Source: Nitrospiraceae bacterium (GTDB lineage Bacteria; Nitrospirota; Nitrospiria; Nitrospirales; Nitrospiraceae). From it: DNA of 64,000 nt. Below the pieces are notes generated by a model. It was not told where the DNA came from, made no database searches, and saw only the letters and a list, made by a program, of their open reading frames with translations. Within the stretch, counting starts at the first letter, position 1. Each line of letters begins with the position of its first letter. The stretch is taken from contig JBFJQA010000001.1 in assembly GCA_041616875.1 (NCBI GenBank), positions 4,646-68,645 of the forward strand, read 5' to 3'. The position numbers were made by a program, and so were the translations under genes. This document shows, piece after piece, positions 9,650 to 17,918 of this stretch.

Positions 9650-9862
9650 CTAAGCCCGCCGTCCAGCCCCGTGCGATACTTTGTCAAGCATTCTGGCGCA
9701 GTCCGAGCAATAGGTGTTGACCAGGCGAAGATCTTCCGATTGAAAGCCGTGCTTCACCCTATAGCTGCGAAGTTCCATCCACGGGTCATGATCGGGCTCA
9801 GGGTGAATGTCATCTCGAACTTTCCCGCAGGCACAGCAAAATGGAACCGCTTGTTGTTTCAT
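9650..9862 (-). CDS. small four-Cys protein (CxxCgKvRDD ... CxxC module)
   Basis: 70 aa: ..PFCCACGKVRDDIHPEPDHDPWMELRSYRVKHGFQSEDLRLVNTYCSDCARML... The pattern resembles the Cys-x2-Cys-K-x-I/V-RDD ... HGICPxC tail I recall at the C-terminus of many PAS/GGDEF-type sensor proteins. Confidence 0.55.
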   Translation of the reverse strand: MKQQAVPFCCACGKVRDDIHPEPDHDPWMELRSYRVKHGFQSEDLRLVNTYCSDCARMLDKVSHGAGRRA

Positions 9863-10369
9863 ATTGCCCTCCCTGACCTTTGAGGTGTGGGGTTGTGGGC
9901 TCTTAGACCGACTGCCCGCCAGGCAGGATGCCGGATCAACACAACACCGTCAGGTGAAGTGTGGCGGCTCTCCCGCGATTGATTGGCTACGCAAAGGATC
10001 AATAACGGCTCCACGCTTTTTTCTGCGTTGCAATACGGAGACCAGCCTGTAAATCTCTTGGCAATCCGAGGCGCGGTCTTGGAAAACATAAGCTTAGAAG
10101 GATCACACGAGCTGGCATCGCAGCAGGGATGTCTCCATATAGAGGCCGATGGCTTCACTCTATTGCTCCTGCTCTCGCGGTGGGTAATCCAACAGTCTGA
10201 GCGGTTGTTGCCGCTTCATCATGAGCTACCCGGATAAGGTGGAGCCTGAAATCCCTCAGATTAAGGCCGCCTGCCTTCCAGAATATTTCACGATCGGAGA
10301 CTTCCGGCGGGGGCATTCTTCGACTTCTTAGCCCAGCTCACTTATACGCTCCCGGCGCGGCGTGGGTAA

Positions 10370-10385
10370 CTGGGGAATCCCCCAG
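10370..10385. promoter_or_regulatory. degenerate relative of the CTAG palindrome (CTGGGGAATCCCCCAG)
   Basis: 14 of 16 positions are self-complementary, with the same GGGAA/TCCC core as the copies at 11048, 11310 and 17198. Intergenic. Confidence 0.3.
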
Positions 10386-10452
10386 TTGGTAGGATTTAGT
10401 TTACTAGCCTCTCGGTTTCACCTGTTGCTGGACATTGCATCTAAGCATCTGA

Positions 10453-10920
10453 TCAGGACAGGAGGACGACAATCCTCGAGCGATCAAATCCTCTCTGGCT
10501 GGGTAATCCAAATCCCTTGAGTAGGAAGGCGGCATTCCGGTTGGTGATCTGGCGAGTTATCTGAAACTGGGCCGCCTGGTGAGAGTCCATTCTGACCCGG
10601 AGCTGGGTTCTGATTTCCTCTGCAAGGTCTCTCACCGCCGGGGGAAGGGCGGAATCAGTCTCTGGTCCGCTTCCCGATTCGTGGAGTTGCTTCGATAGTT
10701 CACAAGCCCGTTGATTGATGTGCAGCAATCGAAGGCTCGAAGAGAGGACCACGATTCCTGGGCTGTCCATGTGCCTGCCCTTCCCCTCATTCTGATTACC
10801 GAAGCTACTCACACCCAGTGTGCCGTTCATTGCAAGCCAGTCCTCCTTCTTGGTTCGAGCATGTAGGCGAAAAAGACTCATGTCACTCGCGAGTTCAGGC
10901 AAAGAATACACATCAGCCAC
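10453..10920 (-). CDS. hypothetical protein, possibly a small PAS-like sensor module
   Basis: This is the only long ORF here. From the internal Met (ATG at 10770): MDSPGIVVLSSSLRLLHINQRACELSKQL.., which resembles the start of PAS-like folds. No family assigned. Confidence 0.4.
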   Translation of the reverse strand: MADVYSLPELASDMSLFRLHARTKKEDWLAMNGTLGVSSFGNQNEGKGRHMDSPGIVVLSSSLRLLHINQRACELSKQLHESGSGPETDSALPPAVRDLAEEIRTQLRVRMDSHQAAQFQITRQITNRNAAFLLKGFGLPSQRGFDRSRIVVLLS

Positions 10921-11047
10921 ACAGTGGACTCGGACAGGCCTTACCCGAACTTTCTGGTGGCATGGCCATCAACGCTTATCCAGAACACGATCGCGGTGAG
11001 ACAGAGATACGAACGTCATCAATAACTCATTATCAATCGGTAGCAAA

Positions 11048-11063
11048 CTAGGGAAGTCCCTAG
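11048..11063. promoter_or_regulatory. palindrome CTAGGGAAGTCCCTAG (candidate operator)
   Basis: Read directly from the sequence. It lies in the divergent intergenic region between the ORF ending at 10920 and kinase 1. Confidence 0.5.
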
Positions 11064-11309
11064 TCCTTGAAAAAAGATGTACGGGCGCCAAGACAAAGAC
11101 AGCGTATGAATGCAGGATCATCACCAGAGAGGCCGCCAGGGCGCGAATTTTCCACGCGGCGGTGGCGCTCCCCTCACGCCCTTGTAGAATAGCCTGGGAT
11201 TCTTGGGAACTTTATCCCATAATGATTCAGTCGCGGCACCAAGGCGCAAATCTTGACCGCCCCTGAGGGTAAATATTTCATATATATATCGACGTCTTGT
11301 GAGGTGGCC

Positions 11310-11346
11310 CTAGGGAGTTCCCTAGTTTTACCAAGAATTCCCCTAG
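11310..11346. promoter_or_regulatory. palindrome CTAGGGAGTTCCCTAG plus half-site GAATTCCCCTAG
   Basis: Full site at 11310-11325 and half-site at 11335-11346, about 70-100 nt upstream of the first possible kinase-1 start. Confidence 0.5.
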
Positions 11347-11412
11347 TGACTCGCGGTCACGGGAGGTTTCCGCGGGCATGACAAAGGGATAGAATGCGGG
11401 CCATAGTTCGCC

Positions 11413-13599
11413 ATGCGGTGCGTCTTGTTTGAGCTTATGGTAGGGGGCTACAATCCCGCTGGGTCTGGAACCCCTTCATCAAAGGTGTCGAGGAACACGG
11501 TTTTATCGGCTGGGACGGGTGGTATGGAAAGGGAGACAAAACAGGCCCAACGTCGGGAGATGATGCTCCTACGGGAGAAGGCAGAGGCATTGCGGCGATT
11601 GGCCGAACGAGCCTTCGTCATTTCTAGCAGATCCCAAGGTGAGGAGCAGGAATCTCGAGCTAAGCTGGAACAGAAGGTGAAAGACTTGACGGCCGAGCTG
11701 TCCCAAGCCAGGCAAGAGCTGGACTGGGAACACATCAGACGAACGGCGCTCGAAGAGGTATGGGTTCTCGCGTCCCGCGTATTTGAGAAATCGCCTGATC
11801 ACATCTCAATCGTTGGGCGGGATTACACCTATCAACAGGTCAATCCAGCCTATGAAGTGGCTCACGGCATTCCCGCGGACAACCTCATCGGAAGGCATGT
11901 TCGGGACTTCTTGGGCCGGGATACCTTCGAACGCATTATCAAACCCAACTTGGATCGGTGCCTTGCTGGACAAGAGGTGAGCTATGAGTGCTGGTTTGAA
12001 TTCAGTTCCCTGGGACGGCAGTACATGGCTGTGACCTATACGCCTCTGATGAAGAATGCCTCCGAGGTCGAGGCGGTCCTGGTCATTGCGCGCGACATCA
12101 CGCGACGCAAGCAAGCGGAAACGAAATTGCGCGAGAGTGAGGCACGTTTCCAGGCGTTCATGAATCACAGCCCAGTTGTGGCCTTTCTGAAAGACCAGCA
12201 GGGCCGCTATCTGTATGTCAACGAGCCCTGGGAGTTGTGCTTCAACCGCCCAGCCAAGGACTGCCTTGGCAAGACAGACGAGGAACTGTTCCCGCCGGAG
12301 ATCGCCAGGAATTTCCGCAGTCACGATTTGAGGGTGCTCCGTAAACAGGGACCGTTGGAGGTCGAGGAGAGGACGGTTGACGCCCAGGGGGAACAACAGT
12401 GTTGGTGGGTCTTCAAGTTCCCGGTCCAGGATGGAGGCGGAGAGGTCTGCGTGGGGGGCGTTGCCCTCGATATCACCGCACGCAAACAGGCAGAGAGAGC
12501 GCTCCGTGAGGCGTATGAGTTTAATCATGAGATTATTTCAAGCGCGCGAGAAGGCATCATCGTCTACGACACGAATCTTCGATACAGAATATGGAACCGG
12601 TTCATGGAGGAATTTACCGATCTCTCTGCCGAGGAAGTGCTGGGGGCACATCCCTTGGACGTATTCCCTCACTTAGCCGAACAGGGAATTTATGGGTTGT
12701 TGGAACAAGCCTTGGCCGGAAAATTTGTGTCCGTTCGCGACATCGAATTTTCCGTTCCGAGCACGGGAAAATCGGGATGGATTTCGGCAAGGTTTGCACC
12801 GTTAAAAGGAGCAACAGGGAACATCATCGGAGTAATCGCGCTGATCAGCGATATCACTGAGCGCAAACAGGCGGAGAAGGCGCTGCTTGAAAGCCGACAC
12901 GCTCTGGAGAAGAGTCGCGGGGAACTTCGAGCTCTGACTGGAAAGTTATTTACGGCTCAGGAGGAAGAGCGACGACGTATTGCGCGAGATCTTCATGATG
13001 ACTTCAATCAGCGGCTGGCCTCCCTCTCCATAGAAGTGGACCTCTTCGAACGGTTTCTTCCACCTTCCACGCAGGTGATTCGAAGGGAGTTGGTGTCACT
13101 CCAAAAGAAACTGGCCAAGCTCTCCGACGATGTGCACCAGCTTGCCTATGAGTTACACCCATCGGTGCTGGATGATCTCGGCTTAGAGGCTGCCATACGG
13201 GATTACGTAGGTGACTTCCAAAAGCGAACGGGGATCCGGGCCACCTTCACTGCGAGGAATCTTCATCCTTTGATTGCGCCGGAGTTTGCCGGTAATCTCT
13301 TCAGGGTAACCCAAGAGAGTCTCCGTAATGTGGCCAGACACGCGAAGGCGACAACAGTTCGGGTGAACCTATGCGGCTACAAGAAATGTCTTGGACTCTC
13401 TATCAAGGATAATGGCAAGGGTTTCGATCTTAATGGGGCCGCGTTGCCGCACGGACGTCTTGGCCTGATCAGTATGCAGGAGCGTGTGCGGCTGATGAAG
13501 GGCGAGCTTTGGGTTCGCTCCGCCCCAGGCAAGGGCACTCGGATTGGTGTGTGGGTGCCTGAAGTGGGAAAGGGAACAGGACATCAGGCCTCCGCATGA
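11413..13599 (+). CDS. multi-PAS sensor histidine kinase, HisKA_3 (NarX/DosS-type) + HATPase
   Basis: Coiled-coil N-terminus and several PAS-like repeats bounded by ..DIT(E)RKQAE.. linkers. H-box RRRIARDLHDDFNQRL, N-box TQESLRNVARHAKA, G-boxes IKDNGKGFD and GLISMQERV..APGKGTRI. An alternative start is ATG 11524. Confidence 0.9.
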   Translation: MRCVLFELMVGGYNPAGSGTPSSKVSRNTVLSAGTGGMERETKQAQRREMMLLREKAEALRRLAERAFVISSRSQGEEQESRAKLEQKVKDLTAELSQARQELDWEHIRRTALEEVWVLASRVFEKSPDHISIVGRDYTYQQVNPAYEVAHGIPADNLIGRHVRDFLGRDTFERIIKPNLDRCLAGQEVSYECWFEFSSLGRQYMAVTYTPLMKNASEVEAVLVIARDITRRKQAETKLRESEARFQAFMNHSPVVAFLKDQQGRYLYVNEPWELCFNRPAKDCLGKTDEELFPPEIARNFRSHDLRVLRKQGPLEVEERTVDAQGEQQCWWVFKFPVQDGGGEVCVGGVALDITARKQAERALREAYEFNHEIISSAREGIIVYDTNLRYRIWNRFMEEFTDLSAEEVLGAHPLDVFPHLAEQGIYGLLEQALAGKFVSVRDIEFSVPSTGKSGWISARFAPLKGATGNIIGVIALISDITERKQAEKALLESRHALEKSRGELRALTGKLFTAQEEERRRIARDLHDDFNQRLASLSIEVDLFERFLPPSTQVIRRELVSLQKKLAKLSDDVHQLAYELHPSVLDDLGLEAAIRDYVGDFQKRTGIRATFTARNLHPLIAPEFAGNLFRVTQESLRNVARHAKATTVRVNLCGYKKCLGLSIKDNGKGFDLNGAALPHGRLGLISMQERVRLMKGELWVRSAPGKGTRIGVWVPEVGKGTGHQASA

Positions 13600-13602
13600 G
13601 GG

Positions 13603-15828
13603 GTGCACCGCGCCGGCATCGGGCGCGGAGCGAGCGCGCCTGACGCGGGACCGTATGAAGAGAGCTCATTCGACCTCATGGGAGAAGAGAAAGCCGACAT
13701 AGCCCATCGCGGAACGCTCCGCCACCGGGCTGAAGAGTCCGTGAGAAACACGACCCGTGGCCAGGTGCGGTTGAAGAGTGCCGATCTTCAACGGTTGCTT
13801 CAGGACCTCAAGGTCCACGAACGCGAGCTGGAGAGGAAGAATACAAAGCTCCGCAAGAACGAGCTTGAGCTCGAAGCCTCGCGGGATCGGTATGCCCATC
13901 TGTACGAAGTGGCACCCATTTCCATAGTGGCCGTGAGCCTCAAGGGAGTCATCCTGGAGGCGAACCTGGCGGCTTCTCGACTGTTCGGCGTCGAACGAAC
14001 GCGTTTGATAGGTAGCGATCTTGGGGAGTTCTTTCATGAGAATGATCGTAAACGTTTCCTTCGGTTTCTTCGAACCATCAACTCCACTTCTCTCGAACAG
14101 CGGTGTGAACTTGATCTTCACACGCGCCAGCGCCGTTCCATTCCGGTTCAGCTCACCGGCGATAAAGCCAAGAGCCAGGAAACGACTTCGAGCGTGTGTC
14201 GATTGGTCTTTGCGGATCTTACCGAGCGCAAGCAGATGGAGGCGGTGGTGGAGGAGTCCCGGGCGAGGCTTGAAGGTATTGTGGAGTCAGCCATGGACGC
14301 CATCGTCAGTATCGATGAGAATGAGCGGATCATCATGTTCAACCGCGCGGCCGAACGGATGTTCCTCTGCCCGAAATCGGAGGCGATGGGGGGACAGGTC
14401 GAGCGTTTCATTCCGGAGCGATTTCGTGAAGTGTATCGCGAGCACCTCCGGCGCGTAGCGCGCGGAAGGGGGACGGCGCGGGGGGTAGGGCATTTGGGAA
14501 TATTAGTCGGCGTCAGGACCAACGTGGAAGAATTCCCCATCGAGGCGTCTATTTCACAGGAAGTGGTGCTGGGCAAGAGGATCTTCACGCTGATCCATCG
14601 GGATATTACCAGCCGCAGGAAAGAGGAGCGACGCCAAAGGGTGGAGCACGACGCGACCCAATTCATCGCAGAGGCCACAAGCGTTGAAGGCGCCAGCGTC
14701 CACATTTTGCAATCCATCTGTGAGGCCTTGGGATGGGAGGTCGGAGCGCTCTGGAATCCGGACCATACCATCAAGGCGCTCCGTTGCACGGAAGTGTGGC
14801 ACACCCCTTCAGCCGAGGTGAAAGAATTCGTGGCGCGGACTCGCACGATCATCTTTCCTCCTGGTGTCGGGTTGCCTGGACGAGTCTGGGCCAGTGGAAA
14901 GCCGGCGTGGATTCCTGACGTGGTCCGGGACACCAACTTTCCCCGGGCGCCCTTCGCCTTAAAAAACGGACTCCACGCCGCGTTCGGATTTCCGGTCGTC
15001 ATCGGGGGAGAGGTCATCGGGGTAATCGAGTTTTTTAGTCGCCAGATTGAAGAGCCCGATGAAGGCCTCTTGCACATGTTCGCGTTATTGGGGAACCAGA
15101 TCGGCCAATTTATTCAACGCAAGCAGGCTGAAGAATCATTACGGGGCGCCGAAAGAGCTCTCCTCAAAAGCCAGGAGGAACTCAGGCTGCTTGCGGCCCA
15201 ACTTCTCACGGCTCAAGAAGAAGAACGGCGTCGGATCTCACGTGACCTTCATGATGATATCAATCAGCGGCTCGCAACCATTGCCGTTGAGATAGAGACA
15301 CTTGAACGGCATCCGCCTGCCTCCCAAGAACTCTTGCGGAGCCAGCTGGGGTCGGCGCGTGACCAGCTGGCGAGATTGTCGGACGATGTCCATAGCATGG
15401 CGTATGGGCTTCACTCTTCACTGCTGATAGATGTGGGTCTGCAGGCGGCTCTGCAGGATCATGTCTCCGATTTCACCAAACGGACGAACATCAAGGCGGT
15501 ATTTCTCCCTCGCCGCCTGCCAGCTTCCTTGCCTCTTGAGATGGCCGTCAACCTGTATCGGATCACACAGGAGTGCCTCCACAATGTGGCGAAACACTCC
15601 AAGGCCTCGTCAGTGGTGGTCAAGGTGATTGGCACTCGGAAAGGACTCGCCCTGTCCGTAAGGGATTGGGGCGTAGGGTTTGACCCATCCATTCTGCAGG
15701 GGACTTCGCGTGGGCTGGGACTCCGCAGCATTCGCGAGCGAGTCCGACTGATGAGGGCAAGGTTGTTCTTACGCTCGAGACCCAAACGGGGAACGCGTGT
15801 CGGGATCTGGCTCCCTCTGCCCAAGTAA
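13603..15828 (+). CDS. PAS-PAS-GAF sensor histidine kinase, HisKA_3 + HATPase
   Basis: GAF-like core (..GVGLPGRVWASGKPAWIPDV..HAAFGFPVVIGGEVIGVIEFFS). H-box RRRISRDLHDDINQRL, N-box TQECLHNVAKHSKA, VRDWGVGFD. The track start is GTG 13603, 4 nt after the kinase-1 stop. An alternative is ATG 13678. Confidence 0.9.
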   Translation: MHRAGIGRGASAPDAGPYEESSFDLMGEEKADIAHRGTLRHRAEESVRNTTRGQVRLKSADLQRLLQDLKVHERELERKNTKLRKNELELEASRDRYAHLYEVAPISIVAVSLKGVILEANLAASRLFGVERTRLIGSDLGEFFHENDRKRFLRFLRTINSTSLEQRCELDLHTRQRRSIPVQLTGDKAKSQETTSSVCRLVFADLTERKQMEAVVEESRARLEGIVESAMDAIVSIDENERIIMFNRAAERMFLCPKSEAMGGQVERFIPERFREVYREHLRRVARGRGTARGVGHLGILVGVRTNVEEFPIEASISQEVVLGKRIFTLIHRDITSRRKEERRQRVEHDATQFIAEATSVEGASVHILQSICEALGWEVGALWNPDHTIKALRCTEVWHTPSAEVKEFVARTRTIIFPPGVGLPGRVWASGKPAWIPDVVRDTNFPRAPFALKNGLHAAFGFPVVIGGEVIGVIEFFSRQIEEPDEGLLHMFALLGNQIGQFIQRKQAEESLRGAERALLKSQEELRLLAAQLLTAQEEERRRISRDLHDDINQRLATIAVEIETLERHPPASQELLRSQLGSARDQLARLSDDVHSMAYGLHSSLLIDVGLQAALQDHVSDFTKRTNIKAVFLPRRLPASLPLEMAVNLYRITQECLHNVAKHSKASSVVVKVIGTRKGLALSVRDWGVGFDPSILQGTSRGLGLRSIRERVRLMRARLFLRSRPKRGTRVGIWLPLPK

Positions 15829-15833
15829 TCGTT

Positions 15834-16481
15834 ATGACGAGGCCCCGCATTCTCATCGCAGACGATCATTCGCTGATGGTCGCCGGCTTGCGCAAGTTGC
15901 TGGAGGAGGAGTGCGACGTGGTTGGAGCGGTCGAGGATGGCCGGGCTCTGGTCGAGGCTGCAGCACGACTCAAGCCCGATGTCATTCTGCTCGATATTTC
16001 GATGCCCCTCTTGAACGGTCTCGACGCGGCGCGTCAGATTTCAAAGCTCGTGCCGGACAGTAAACTCGTTTTCGTCACCATGCATGCAAGCCCAACGTAT
16101 GCGACGGAGGCCTTCCAGGCGGGCGCCTCAGGGTATTTGCTAAAACGGGCAGCTGCCTCAGAGCTGAGTCAAGCGATCCAGGTTGTCCTTCGAGGGCAAC
16201 ACTATGTCACGCCGTTGATTACCAAAGAGGTCTTGGCTGCGACCCTGCGTCCGTCACCTGGACAGGCCGAGAAGAAGGAGGCAGAGTTACTCACTGCTCG
16301 CCAGCGGGAGGTGCTCCAGCTCGTAGCGGAAGGGCGTGGCACGAAGGATATCGCGAAAATTCTGCACGTGTCCGTCAAGACGGTGGAATTTCACAAGGGT
16401 CGAATCATGGAGCACCTGGGACTCCATAGCACTGCCGAATTGACGAAATACGCTATTACACACGGGCTGACCGGTCTCTGA
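15834..16481 (+). CDS. NarL/LuxR-family response regulator (REC + HTH)
   Basis: ILIADDH..DVILLDISMP..KLVFVTMH..LLKRAA receiver. C-terminal LTARQREVLQLVAEGRGTKDIAKILHVSVKTVEFHKGRIMEHLG LuxR-type HTH. Confidence 0.9.
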   Translation: MTRPRILIADDHSLMVAGLRKLLEEECDVVGAVEDGRALVEAAARLKPDVILLDISMPLLNGLDAARQISKLVPDSKLVFVTMHASPTYATEAFQAGASGYLLKRAAASELSQAIQVVLRGQHYVTPLITKEVLAATLRPSPGQAEKKEAELLTARQREVLQLVAEGRGTKDIAKILHVSVKTVEFHKGRIMEHLGLHSTAELTKYAITHGLTGL

Positions 16482-16717
16482 GCGAATTGCCGCCTCGATG
16501 GATGGGAGAATCCGACCCCACCCATCAGGGTGTTTCCCTGGATCCTCTCTCCCATTGCGCCGTCTGGTAACTTTTCTCTGGTATTCTGGGATTTTCCCCA
16601 GTTCCGCAATTTCTCTCCCACCTCTATACTGCGGGACAATCGTCCCTATTCATCTCCTTCATGACGTATTGGATCTCAATCGCTGAGCCATTCGTCAAAG
16701 AAATCAGAGAGGCTCGC

Positions 16718-17158
16718 ATGCCAAAGCCACGGGTCCTCGTGGCCGATGATCATATACTCATGCTGGCCGGCCTGGAGACCTTGCTGAAAGACCAGTGCGA
16801 ACTCGTGGGAACGGCCCAAGACGGCAAGGTCCTGGTCGATAGAGCGCAGTGGCTTCGACCTGATGTGGTCATCCTGGACATTTCTATGCCCGTCCTGACA
16901 GGCCTTGAGGCTGCTCGTCGATTGAGACAACTCGTGCCGGAATGCAAAATTATATTCTTCACGGTCCACCAGAGTTCCACCTATCTGATCGAGGCTTTCA
17001 AGGCAGGAGGATCTGGATATGTGCTGAAGCGCTCTGCTGCCTCTGAGCTGGTGAAGGCTATCCATGAGGTCGTCGAGGGCCGTACCTATGTGAGCTCCCA
17101 CTGTCTGGAATTGGCCCCCGGGATCGGGGCCGTCCGTGGTTCCTCGGCTCTGTCTTAG
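16718..17158 (+). CDS. REC-only paralogue of the NarL/LuxR regulator (no HTH)
   Basis: From ATG 16718: MPKPRVLVADDHILMLAGL..DVVILDISMP..KIIFFTVH..VLKRSAASEL.. is collinear with the receiver of 15834..16481. It stops about 25 residues after alpha-5. No HTH is present in any frame downstream. Confidence 0.8.
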   Translation: MPKPRVLVADDHILMLAGLETLLKDQCELVGTAQDGKVLVDRAQWLRPDVVILDISMPVLTGLEAARRLRQLVPECKIIFFTVHQSSTYLIEAFKAGGSGYVLKRSAASELVKAIHEVVEGRTYVSSHCLELAPGIGAVRGSSALS

Positions 17159-17197
17159 CCTGAGTAGAGTATGACTCTGGCAAGAGCGACATGTTCG

Positions 17198-17215
17198 ACT
17201 AGGGAATTCCCTAGT
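17198..17215. promoter_or_regulatory. perfect 18-bp palindrome ACTAGGGAATTCCCTAGT
   Basis: Read directly, 40 nt downstream of the REC-only gene stop. Same family as 11048 and 11310. Confidence 0.5.
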
Positions 17216-17714
17216 TCCTTCCCGGTGCCGACCCCTTACCCGTAGAAAAGAATTGATTCATGGTTCGTGCGGAGAATGAAAGCTTGTTGGCTCAAACCAG
17301 CCTGCGACGTTGATAATACTCCTTCCACCGTTTCAGTCGAATCAGGACTCCAGACTAGGAATTTCATCGGTCCATTCCTCCTACATGTGAATCGTCTGAA
17401 CGTGATTCCCTCGGTTGAGTCAGCGCCTGCGCCCCTTTTCGTTACCCCGCCGGTCGCGGACACCTGATCGAGAGGGTTCAGAATGACCTCGCATTGTTCC
17501 GGCTATTCGGCCGACGCGAATCCTTAGTCGATTTTATGTATCTAAAGGGATACTCGACAGATATCCCAACTCACCCGAAGGCCAGGGCAAATCCAGGGCG
17601 AAGGCTTGGCAGGCCGAGGATGTTCAACACTCGTGAGGTTGGGTGGGTGAACGAGGAGGTCTGTCTCGATCATCGTAGTCGATCTTGAGTTGTAGCAAAA
17701 AGGAGAAGGCTCAT

Positions 17715-17918
17715 ATGAAATGTCCGCGCTGTGACGGTTTGATGGTTCAGGCTCGAATGTCAGACCTCAGGAAAGAAACCGGAGAGTTATTATCCGAGGG
17801 ATGGCGCTGCGTGAATTGTGGAGAAGTCGTCGACTCCGTTGTCCTGAAAAACCGACTGAATCCACAAGATCCTGCGCGAGGGAAATCGAGGCGGTCGGTC
17901 CGCCTCCGTGCTGCCTAA
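17715..17918 (+). CDS. small zinc-ribbon protein (paralogue of 9310..9606)
   Basis: RBS AAGGAGAAGG then ATG 17715: MKCPRCDGLMVQARMSDLRKETGELLSEGWRCVNCGEVVDSVVLKNR.. with a basic tail. Confidence 0.65.
   Translation: MKCPRCDGLMVQARMSDLRKETGELLSEGWRCVNCGEVVDSVVLKNRLNPQDPARGKSRRSVRLRAA

Noticed and set aside
9983-10190. Possible decayed LuxR-type HTH on the minus strand (..PPREQEQ*SEAIGLYMETSLL..).
   Set aside because: Only a few residues match the LT(P/A)RE.EVL..A.G pattern. The spacing to the recognition-helix positions is wrong and several stops intervene. It is not distinguishable from chance by eye, so I kept it only as a low-interest note in the gap finding.
11806-12528. 240-aa minus-strand ORF inside kinase 1. 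Similar long antisense ORFs occur at 14148..15077, 37735..38319, 38736..39506, 40775..41383, 42190..42789, 47662..48315 and 32144..32872.
   Set aside because: All lie wholly inside strongly supported genes on the opposite strand. They are Arg/Pro/Gly/Ser-rich as expected for GC-rich shadow frames, and they have no recognisable motifs or RBS.
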